Shown here: positions 19,155 to 28,057 of the stretch, in pieces | Layout of the letters: each line of letters opens with the position of its first letter | Numbering within the stretch: position 1 is the stretch's first letter | Made by a program: the position numbers and the translations under genes | Assembly (NCBI GenBank): GCA_036258195.1 | Contig: DATAED010000164.1 | Span: forward strand, 1 to 55,460 | Source: Ktedonobacterales bacterium | GTDB lineage: Bacteria > Chloroflexota > Ktedonobacteria > Ktedonobacterales > JADMIN01 | DNA: 55,460 nt | Direction: 5' to 3' | Notes under the pieces: generated by a model | Database searches by the model: none | Seen by the model: the letters and a program-made list of their open reading frames with translations, nothing else | What the model was told of the DNA's origin: nothing

Positions 19155-20036
19155 ATGGCGTCGACACAGGAAATCCGACGACGTATCCGCTCGGTGCGGA
19201 ATGTCGCTCAGATTACGCGCGCCGTGCAGCTGGTGGCGAGCAGCAAGATGCGCCGGGCGCAAGAGCGCGTGGTTGGCTCGCGCCCCTACGCGGAGCAGCT
19301 CGCCAAGCTGCTCTCGCGGGTGGCGGCGCAGGCCGACGATCTGAGTAGCTTGCCACTGATGCAACAGCGCGATGTCAAGCGCGTGCTGGTCGTCGTGATG
19401 ACGCCAGATCGCGGTCTGGCGGGCGCGCTGAATAGTAATATCAACCGCCGCGCGGGGCTGCTCGCGCAAGAGCTGCGCCGCGACTATAACAATCCCACGC
19501 TGCCGATCACCTATGTGGCGGTCGGACGCAAGGGACGCGACTTTCTGACGCGCACGCGCCAGGTCATGCTGGCGGAATTCACCGGGCTGGGCGACCAGCC
19601 GAAGCAGGCGGACGTGCGAGCGATCGCGCGTACCATCACCGACGCCTATATCAGCGGCGAGGTGGATCGCGCGCTGCTGGTCTATCCGAAGTATGTCTCG
19701 ACCGTGACCCAGACGCCGACGGTGCTGCAACTGCTGCCCGCCGAGCCGCCCGAAGCGGTGGAGACGGAGGGCGCGGCGCCGCAGTACATCCTGGAGCCAG
19801 ACGCCGAGACGATCTTCGCCGAGCTGCTGCCGCGCTATGTGGAGACGCAGATCTACCAGCCGCTGCTGGAGACCGTCGCGAGCTTCTACTCCGCGCAGAT
19901 GCTGGCGATGAAGAACGCGACGGATAGCGCCAACGACCTGCTGGCTGATCTGACGCTGACCTATAACAAGGTGCGCCAGTCGGCGATTACGACACAGATC
20001 CTTGAAGTTGTCTCTGGCGCGAACGCGCTGCAGTAG
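19155..20036 (+). CDS. atpG: F0F1 ATP synthase subunit gamma
   Basis: IRRRIRSVRNVAQITRAVQLVASSKMRRAQ N-terminal helix and an ITTQILEVVSGANAL C-terminal helix. Confidence 0.95.
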   Translation: MASTQEIRRRIRSVRNVAQITRAVQLVASSKMRRAQERVVGSRPYAEQLAKLLSRVAAQADDLSSLPLMQQRDVKRVLVVVMTPDRGLAGALNSNINRRAGLLAQELRRDYNNPTLPITYVAVGRKGRDFLTRTRQVMLAEFTGLGDQPKQADVRAIARTITDAYISGEVDRALLVYPKYVSTVTQTPTVLQLLPAEPPEAVETEGAAPQYILEPDAETIFAELLPRYVETQIYQPLLETVASFYSAQMLAMKNATDSANDLLADLTLTYNKVRQSAITTQILEVVSGANALQ

Positions 20037-20048
20037 AGGCAGGAGTGA

Positions 20049-21530
<1,482 letters not shown>

Positions 21531-21614
21531 CTCGCAGCGAGCGCGAAACGCTTGCTCAGCGTCTGCGGCCTCGCCGTGGGCGCTGTGTGAGCGGGTTGGA
21601 AAGGGAGACAGAGC

Positions 21615-22085
21615 ATGTCGCAGCGAGCTCTGCTACATGTCACCATCATCACGGCGCAGAGCAGCGTCTTCGATGGCGAGGCCGAGGCGGTCAATGCGCC
21701 GGGCAGTGAGGGGCGCATGACCATTCTGCCGCGCCACGCGCCGCTGCTGACGACGCTCGATCTCGGTGAGCTGCGCATTCGCGAGCGGGGCGAAGAGGTC
21801 AGCGTGTTTGTCGCTGGCGGCTTCCTGGAAGTCAACGACAATGTCGTGACGATCCTGGCGGATGAGGCCGAGCGCGCTGAGAATATCGACGAAGCGGCCG
21901 CCGAGGAGGCGCGTAGGCGAGCGCAGGTGCGCGTAGAGGGCGCCCGAGGCGATCAGGGCGCCGAGGCGTCAGCCATCGCCGAGCTGAATCGCGCGGTCGG
22001 GCGGCTGCGGGTCGCCGAGGTGCACCGCCAGCGTGGCGGGCGACGTCGAGTGCCGCCATCCGAGGAAGACCAGCTGTTGCAGTGA
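21615..22085 (+). CDS. atpC: F0F1 ATP synthase subunit epsilon
   Basis: N-terminal beta-sandwich pattern (ITAQSSVFDGEAEAVNAPGSEGRMTILPRHAPL) and a C-terminal helical hairpin. Last gene of the operon. Confidence 0.9.
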   Translation: MSQRALLHVTIITAQSSVFDGEAEAVNAPGSEGRMTILPRHAPLLTTLDLGELRIRERGEEVSVFVAGGFLEVNDNVVTILADEAERAENIDEAAAEEARRRAQVRVEGARGDQGAEASAIAELNRAVGRLRVAEVHRQRGGRRRVPPSEEDQLLQ

Positions 22086-22110
22086 TCAGACGGCTGGCGG
22101 CGCCAAACTG

Positions 22111-22152
22111 AAAGCCGCTCACCAGCTACCTAGCTGGTGAGCGGCTTTTCGT
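22111..22152. terminator. Bidirectional rho-independent terminator
   Basis: AAAGCCGCTCACCAGCTA-CC-TAGCTGGTGAGCGGCTTT forms a perfect 18-bp stem. It is flanked by A-rich and T-rich runs and sits between the convergent atpC and response-regulator genes. Confidence 0.8.
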
Positions 22153-22170
22153 TGTCCGGGGTCGGTGGAG

Positions 22171-22554
22171 TCAGGCGCCCTTGAACTGGAGGCCTTTGAT
22201 GCGGGCGAGCAGGCGCAGGCGGGCGTGTAGCAGGCGTGAATCGAAGGGCTTGACGACGTAGTCATCGGCTCCAGCGCTGTAGCCCGCCACGCGATCCTGC
22301 ACGGAGGCGCGCCCAGAGAGCAGCATCAGCGGCAGGCGCTCGGTTTGCGGCCCCCGGCGGATGTCGACACACAGGGAGATGCCATCGCCTTCGTCCAAAT
22401 CGACCTCGGTGACGACCAGATCGGGCTGATCGGTGGAAATCAGCGCGAGCGCCTCATGCTGGCCACCCGCGAAGGTGAGCGCACAGTGATCCGCCAGCGC
22501 CTGTGCGACGCTCTCGCGCGCGCTGGGGTTGCTCTCGACCACCAGCACTCGCAT
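22171..22554 (-). CDS. Single-domain receiver (REC) protein with partly degenerate acidic pocket
   Basis: MRVLVVESNP (E-S in place of the usual DD), DLVVTEVDLDEGDG, LLSG and VVKPF. The start at the ATG at 22554 has a weak SD. Confidence 0.7.
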   Translation of the reverse strand: MRVLVVESNPSARESVAQALADHCALTFAGGQHEALALISTDQPDLVVTEVDLDEGDGISLCVDIRRGPQTERLPLMLLSGRASVQDRVAGYSAGADDYVVKPFDSRLLHARLRLLARIKGLQFKGA

Positions 22555-22679
22555 GCGCGGCTCAGCGTTCGGCCCCCACGAGATGTGATTCAACACTACG
22601 CCCGTCTCTCCCCTGGTTGGTTCCACACATCACGCATATTGTACGTTACGACGAGTTACCGAGCATACAGCATCAGCGA

Positions 22680-23195
22680 CTACCCATTTGGCGGTTCGTC
22701 TGCTGCAGGTCGCTCGGTGGCATCGCCATCTGAGCTTTCATCACTGGCCAGGTCGATCATGCGCTGCTCGCGCTGCTCCCTCGTGATGGCCATGACGCGC
22801 TGGAGCGCGGCGGCGAGCGCACTAGGCTTGGTCGTCTTGGGCAGATATTCATCCACGCCAGAGAGCAGTCCGGTCAGTTGCTGGTCGGGCTGGTCGAGGG
22901 CGCTAAGAATGATCAATGGCGTATTGGCGGTGGAGGTGTCGCCTCGGATGGTGCGCACGACATGGTAGCCATCCAGCCGTGGCATTTTGACATCCACGAT
23001 GACGCAATCTGGCCGCTCGCTATAGAACTTCTGCAGCCCCTCCACGCCGTCGCGCGCGGTGATGATCTGGGTGTAACCCATACGCCGGAGCGCATGTGAG
23101 ATGTATTCGATGATCGTTTCGGTGTCGTCTATGACGAGGATCTTCCGATCCAAAACGGCCTGGGACTGCGTGGCTAGACCACTCATGTCGTCCAT
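22680..23195 (-). CDS. Single-domain response regulator with acidic C-terminal tail
   Basis: KILVIDDTE, VIVDVKMPRLDG, IILSAL and YLPKT receiver motifs. The start is at the ATG at 23195. Confidence 0.8.
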   Translation of the reverse strand: MDDMSGLATQSQAVLDRKILVIDDTETIIEYISHALRRMGYTQIITARDGVEGLQKFYSERPDCVIVDVKMPRLDGYHVVRTIRGDTSTANTPLIILSALDQPDQQLTGLLSGVDEYLPKTTKPSALAAALQRVMAITREQREQRMIDLASDESSDGDATERPAADEPPNG

Positions 23196-23294
23196 ACGTG
23201 TTTCTTCTCCGACCGTTGCGGCCCGGGCTGGCCCAGAGGCGTCCCTGTGACCGCTGGGCCTGCGCAACAAGCGCGCAGTCCCTCAGCGTCTCAA

Positions 23295-23303
23295 AGTGTA
23301 ACA
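23295..23303 (-). promoter_or_regulatory. Candidate extended -10 element TGTTACACT for the receiver-gene pair
   Basis: The reverse complement of 23295-23303 is TGTTACACT. It lies about 95 nt upstream of the ATG at 23195. Confidence 0.3.
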
Positions 23304-23477
23304 CTCGGCTGCCTGCCGGCTGAGGGTGAGTGTCCAAAGTACTAACGAGGATGAGGCCCATTTGTCCCTGGCGCGACCGATGCTGCTGGCGCATAAAGAA
23401 TTGCTGCATAATACGCACAGGGCCGAACCTCGTCGGGCCAATGAAAGCGCCGGCGATGATGGCCAGGGAGGATGACC

Positions 23478-24530
23478 ATGAGCGATGCGCCCATGCGGCA
23501 CGGAAGCGGTCGGACAGGTGATCGCTATTCGCGGCAGACACTCTTTGCGGGAATCGGCGCTGAAGGACAGCAGCGGCTGGGCGGCGCAGCGGTGACGATC
23601 ATCGGTTGTGGGGCGATGGGCAGCGCGCTCGCGAACAATCTGGCGCGCGCTGGCGTCGGTCGGCTGCGGCTGGTCGATCGCGATTTCGTCGAGACCAACA
23701 ACCTCCAGCGCCAGACGCTCTACGATGAGGCTGACGCCGCCGACGCCACCCCCAAGGCTGTCGCGGCGGCGCGGCGGCTGCGCGCGGTTAACAGCGGCGT
23801 GGAGGTCGAGGCGGTAGTGAGCGACTTCACCGCCGACAACGCGCTGGAGCTGCTCGATGGGGTTGATCTCGCGCTGGACGGCACAGATAATTTCGAGGCG
23901 CGCTACCTGCTGAATGACGCCTGCATCAAGCTCGGCATACCGTGGGTCTACAGCGGTGTCATCGCGGCATATGGCGTCAGCATGACGGTGCGGCCCGGCG
24001 AGACGGCCTGCCTGCGCTGCGCCTTCCCCGAGCGTCCGCTGCCGGGGACGACGCCGACGTGCGATACGGCGGGCATTCTCAACGGCATCGTCGCGGCGAT
24101 TGGCGGTGTCAGTTCGACCGAGGCGCTGAAGCTGCTGGTTGGCTCCGACAAGCTGGCCAAGGGCCTCTTCTGGATGGATCTGTGGGAGAATCTGGCCGAG
24201 CGCATCGAGCTGCCTCGCCAACCGGAATGCCCTGCCTGCGGGCTGCATGAGTATGAGTATCTCGATACTGCGCTTAGCGAGGATAGCGCCACGCTCTGTG
24301 GGCGCAATGCCGTGCAGGTTCGTCCATCGCAGCGCAACGGTTCGCTCGATCTGGCGGAGTTGGCGCACAGGCTGGAGCCGCTCGGCGAGGTCGTCACGAA
24401 CGAGTATCTGCTGCGGGCGCATCTGGACGGCTACGAGGTCACGGTGTTTCCCGATGCGCGTGCCATCATCAAAGGGACGGACGAGCCAAGCGTCGCGCGC
24501 ACGGTGTATGCCCGCTACATCGGGGCGTAA
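23478..24530 (+). CDS. ThiF/MoeB/HesA-family adenylyltransferase (E1-like), Bacillus ThiF-type with C-terminal domain
   Basis: RYSRQ, GCGAMGS nucleotide loop, LVDRDFVETNNLQRQ, TCDTAGI, and two CxxC pairs (CLRC, CPAC). The ATG at 23478 is better spaced from GGGAGG than the ATG at 23472. Confidence 0.85.
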   Translation: MSDAPMRHGSGRTGDRYSRQTLFAGIGAEGQQRLGGAAVTIIGCGAMGSALANNLARAGVGRLRLVDRDFVETNNLQRQTLYDEADAADATPKAVAAARRLRAVNSGVEVEAVVSDFTADNALELLDGVDLALDGTDNFEARYLLNDACIKLGIPWVYSGVIAAYGVSMTVRPGETACLRCAFPERPLPGTTPTCDTAGILNGIVAAIGGVSSTEALKLLVGSDKLAKGLFWMDLWENLAERIELPRQPECPACGLHEYEYLDTALSEDSATLCGRNAVQVRPSQRNGSLDLAELAHRLEPLGEVVTNEYLLRAHLDGYEVTVFPDARAIIKGTDEPSVARTVYARYIGA

Positions 24531-24804
24531 GCGGAGAAGAGTGGCAGTCGCTATAAATGGGATAGCAAGCCTCGATAGCTACACTGCACGCGGTTGAGAC
24601 CTGACGAAATCGTCACGTCCACAGCCGCCCACTTGCGCATTCTGTTGAGCATGTTGCACACTTTCTAGCGTGAAGCCGGGCGCGGGCGAGCGTGGCAGGG
24701 AACATCAAAGCCGCGCATGGCCCGGAGCCGTCGGCATGTTGGCTTAGCGCAAGGACTGTGTCGTGGGCGCCCGCTCGCGGCAGACGTCACAGAGAGGTGG
24801 AAAC

Positions 24805-25092
24805 ATGGCAGGGTTCGACCCGAACAACATCCTCCAGAACGCAGAGCAGCAAGCCAAAGACAAGGCAGACAGCGCGATCGACGAGCTCGCCTCCAAGGTA
24901 CCCGGTGGGGATCAACTCGCCCAGCAGGCCAAGGATACTGTGAATCAGGGCATCGACCAGGCCGGGCAGGCCGGTATACAGCAGGCCCAGCAGCAGCTCG
25001 GCAACGTCCCCGGTGGGCAGCAGATCGAGGGCATGCTCGGCAATCAGGGCGGCCAGAGCAGCGACCCGAACACGGGCAACCAGGGCTCGTAA
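24805..25092 (+). CDS. Small hydrophilic Gln/Gly-rich protein (95 aa)
   Basis: AGAGAGGTGG SD 5 nt before the ATG. There is a strong C-ending codon bias. Internal repeat: VPGGDQLAQQAKD / VPGGQQIEGMLGN. Only loosely reminiscent of small CsbD/MT0933-like stress proteins. Confidence 0.65.
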   Translation: MAGFDPNNILQNAEQQAKDKADSAIDELASKVPGGDQLAQQAKDTVNQGIDQAGQAGIQQAQQQLGNVPGGQQIEGMLGNQGGQSSDPNTGNQGS

Positions 25093-25259
25093 CTCGCCCC
25101 AGCGTGCCGACGCTCACGATGCGTCCGGAACGCGCTTGCCCACGGAGCGACGCGGTGTGGTGGAGGGAAGCCCCTCCGCTGCGCCGCGTTCGCCGTCATC
25201 CAGGCCTCTGTTGGGCTTTGTTGGGCTTTGGGTAGCCGCATCCAGAGGAGATGTCGCAC

Positions 25260-26111
25260 ATGGACAAGACCTCGATTGCGACCGCGATGCAACAGGCAGG
25301 ACTGCAACGCCTCGGTTCGACCCTCGATCAACTCATCCTCAACTCCATCCGCCTGAGTACAAACCCTTCCTACGAGACCGCCATCCAGCCGGGACAATCC
25401 AAGTTCGGCGGGCTGCCAGATCTGCCAGCGGGAACGGCGTGGCCCGATATGAAGGGTGCGCCGATGGAGTTCATCGCCCAGATTCAGCTCGCAGACGCGC
25501 ACCCGCTCGACTCCGCAGGCATGCTGCCCGCGCAGGGCCTGCTCTCCGTCTTCTATGACAGTACGCAGCAGACGTTCGGAGCCGACCCCAACGATCGCGC
25601 CGGGCTGAAGGTGCTCTACTTCGAGCAGCCAGCGAGCGAGCTGAAGCGTACGGATGCGCCTGCCAGCCTGCCAGCGCAGGGGCGCTCGCGCGTCTGCTCC
25701 GTCGGCATGAGCGACGAGGTCACGCTGCCGTTGCAGCCGAATCTAGAGATCGCCTCGCTGCAATGGTCGAGTGATGACCAGCAGCGCTATGATGGCGCGC
25801 TGCAGCAACTTACCAGCGCCGTCAAACATCCCATTCATCGCCTGCTGGGGCATCCCGATACCATTCAGGACGATATGCGCCTGGAGTGCCAGCTCGCGGC
25901 GAACGGTGTGGCCGATCCGGGCTCGGCGCCCGACCGGGTCAAGCAGTTGACGGCGGGCGCGAACGATTGGATAGTGTTGCTGCAAGTCGACTCCGATCCC
26001 AGCGTTGGCATGCAATGGGCCAATGCGGGCATGTTGTATTTCTGGATTCGGCGTCAAGATCTGGCGGCGAAGCGGTTCGACGATGTGTGGGTCGTTCTGC
26101 AATCAGAGTGA
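25260..26111 (+). CDS. DUF1963 (YwqG family) protein
   Basis: KFGGLPDLP...WP, EFIAQIQL, HRLLGHP, and a GMLYFWI C-terminal motif. The track ORF begins at 25251, but the SD spacing favours 25260. Confidence 0.85.
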   Translation: MDKTSIATAMQQAGLQRLGSTLDQLILNSIRLSTNPSYETAIQPGQSKFGGLPDLPAGTAWPDMKGAPMEFIAQIQLADAHPLDSAGMLPAQGLLSVFYDSTQQTFGADPNDRAGLKVLYFEQPASELKRTDAPASLPAQGRSRVCSVGMSDEVTLPLQPNLEIASLQWSSDDQQRYDGALQQLTSAVKHPIHRLLGHPDTIQDDMRLECQLAANGVADPGSAPDRVKQLTAGANDWIVLLQVDSDPSVGMQWANAGMLYFWIRRQDLAAKRFDDVWVVLQSE

Positions 26112-26171
26112 CCGCGATGAGCGCGCGTGGGCGAGTGGGCTTGCGCGCAGTGGTTGAGAAGGGCGAGCAGT

Positions 26172-26720
26172 ATGACGAGAGGCAAATCGGAGCGCCAGTG
26201 GCTGAGCGCGGTCTGTGTCGCGCTGGCGCTGGCTGTGGGATTGAGCGCATGCGCGAGTGTCGCAACCGATACCTCTGCTGGCAGTGGCTCGCATCAATTT
26301 GGCGTGCAGACCCAGACATCTGGCTGCCAGGCGCAGAATGGCCTGCCGGACAGCGCTTGCACACCAGGGGACATCATCGCCAGCGCGACCACCGATCAAA
26401 TTTGCCAGTCGGGCTATGCCAGCTCCGTGCGCAATGTGCCGACGAGCGAGAAAAATCAGGTGTACGCGGAGTACGGCATCGCCAGCCACTATGCCGGGCA
26501 GTATGAGGTCGATCACCTCGTCAGCCTGGAACTGGGTGGCTCGAACGACATCTCGAACCTCTGGCCAGAGTTGGCCAGCCCGACGCCGGGCTTCCACCAG
26601 AAGGACAAGGTCGAGAATTATCTGCACGATCAGGTGTGCAGTGGCGCGGTACCACTGGCCACCGCTCAACAGGAGATCGCGACGAACTGGCTGGCCATCT
26701 ACAACCAGATGAACGGCTGA
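26172..26720 (+). CDS. Secreted HNH-type nuclease lipoprotein
   Basis: A signal peptide with the lipobox LSAC (MTRGKSERQWLSAVCVALALAVGLSAC) and the HNH core YEVDHLVSLELGGSNDISNLWPE. The track ORF starts at 26127. Confidence 0.75.
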   Translation: MTRGKSERQWLSAVCVALALAVGLSACASVATDTSAGSGSHQFGVQTQTSGCQAQNGLPDSACTPGDIIASATTDQICQSGYASSVRNVPTSEKNQVYAEYGIASHYAGQYEVDHLVSLELGGSNDISNLWPELASPTPGFHQKDKVENYLHDQVCSGAVPLATAQQEIATNWLAIYNQMNG

Positions 26721-26828
26721 GCGCGGCGCCAGTCGGTGAAGGTAGCACATCCGCAGCGCGCAGCTTTTCCAGTCTCTGGATTGGCTCCGCGCTTCTTTTG
26801 CGTCTTTTTCACGTCATCGTTCGTAACT

Positions 26829-26890
26829 GATATATCGAATTCTCAAACGCCACTTGACAATAGCGCGAGAAAAAGATATATCTAGATATA
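26829..26890 (+). promoter_or_regulatory. AT-rich promoter with palindromic operator upstream of padR-like gene
   Basis: TTGACA at 26854-26859, with TATATC 17 nt downstream. The perfect 14-bp palindrome TATATCTAGATATA at 26877-26890 overlaps the -10. The self-complementary octamer GATATATC occurs at 26829 and 26875. Confidence 0.5.
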
Positions 26891-26936
26891 GCGAAGCATC
26901 GAGCATGGTACAGTTTCGCATAACAGGAGTAGCGAG

Positions 26937-27908
26937 ATGGACGGTTGGACGGAACAGGAGCCGGTGGGGGCGCGCGGCTCGTGGTGTGGGCCGTGGCAGG
27001 CGCCATGGCAAGCCCGATGGCAGTCTCGTTGGAGCGGACCATGGCGAGGCCCCTGGTGGGGGCGAGATCCGATGTGGGGGCGCGGTTATGGGTTTGGCCC
27101 TGGTCGTGGCCCGAGAGGATGGTATCCAGGAATGGGACGACGTTTTCCGTTTGGCGGTGGGCCAGGCCCTCGCATGTTCGAGCGCGGCTACTTGAAGTAT
27201 GCCTTGCTCGATCTGTTGCAGGATCAGCCCAAACACGGATATGAGATGATGAAAGACCTCGAAGAGCGCACAGGTGGCTTCTACGCGCCGAGCGCGGGGG
27301 CGGTCTATCCGACCCTCCAGATGCTCGAAGATCGCGGCTGGGCCACCAGCGAGACGATCGAGGGCAAGAAGGTCTACACGATCACCGACGCCGGGCGCGC
27401 AGCGCTGGCTGAGGCGAACGAGCGGCGCGGATCGCGTCGCGGCGGGCCGGGCTTCGGGCCGGAGTTTGGCCCACGCGGGCATGGCCCACATCACGAGCAT
27501 GGGCCGCATGGGCCGCATCACCACGAGCGGCCAGATGGCCCGCCACCCCCGCCGCCGGGCGGGCCGTGGGGCTGGGGTGGTCGCGGACGCGGCAGGCAGG
27601 GCTTTGGGCCAGGGTTTGGCCCCGGCTTTGACTGGCGCGCACAGCCCGAAGCGCACGAGCTGGCGCAGCAGGCGCGCGAGCTGGGACGCATGTTCTTGCT
27701 GGCGGGTCGCGAGTCGATCAATCGGCCCGACCGCATCGCTCGCCTGCGCGACATCGTGGAGCGCACCCGCGCCGAGCTGGAAGCGTTTGTGAACGAAGCG
27801 CGTAGCGGCGCAGAATACTCTAGCAGCTCAGCGGGTGACGCCGAGAGCGGCACGTCGGAGCAGCCGGAGCCGCAGCAGGGGCCAGAAGGGCCAGTCGAGC
27901 AGCTCTGA
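26937..27908 (+). CDS. PadR-family transcriptional regulator with W/G/R-rich N-terminal and His/Pro/Gly-rich central regions
   Basis: Winged-helix core YALLDLLQDQPKHGYEMMKDLEERTGGFYAPSAGAVYPTLQMLEDRGW. AGGAG SD before the ATG. Confidence 0.85.
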   Translation: MDGWTEQEPVGARGSWCGPWQAPWQARWQSRWSGPWRGPWWGRDPMWGRGYGFGPGRGPRGWYPGMGRRFPFGGGPGPRMFERGYLKYALLDLLQDQPKHGYEMMKDLEERTGGFYAPSAGAVYPTLQMLEDRGWATSETIEGKKVYTITDAGRAALAEANERRGSRRGGPGFGPEFGPRGHGPHHEHGPHGPHHHERPDGPPPPPPGGPWGWGGRGRGRQGFGPGFGPGFDWRAQPEAHELAQQARELGRMFLLAGRESINRPDRIARLRDIVERTRAELEAFVNEARSGAEYSSSSAGDAESGTSEQPEPQQGPEGPVEQL

Positions 27909-28057
27909 GTGAGACGAATACTTCGAGGGATGCGCAGCCTGCGCCAGCATTTGATGCCTGGCGCAGGTTCGCGCTATCCTTGTGAACACAGACCAATCCG
28001 GTCGGATGATCGGTACGCATACCAGGCGCCCACTGTGAGGGGGCAGGAGATAGACGC

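Noticed and set aside
23283-23471. Possible TPP riboswitch upstream of the ThiF-like gene (ACTCGG...GGCTGAGGG resembles the thi-box CUGAGA region).
   Set aside because: The obligatory downstream ACCUGAUCUGGAUAAUGCCAGCG-type element is not present at the right distance. The same bases are better explained as the divergent promoter (TGTTACACT on the minus strand) of the receiver genes. An Rfam scan would settle it.
25210-25233. Tandem 10-bp repeat GTTGGGCTTT x2 upstream of the DUF1963 gene, and the general possibility of a CRISPR or other repeat array in the window.
   Set aside because: Only two adjacent copies, with no spacers. I saw no repeat-spacer periodicity anywhere in the 55 kb and no cas-like genes.
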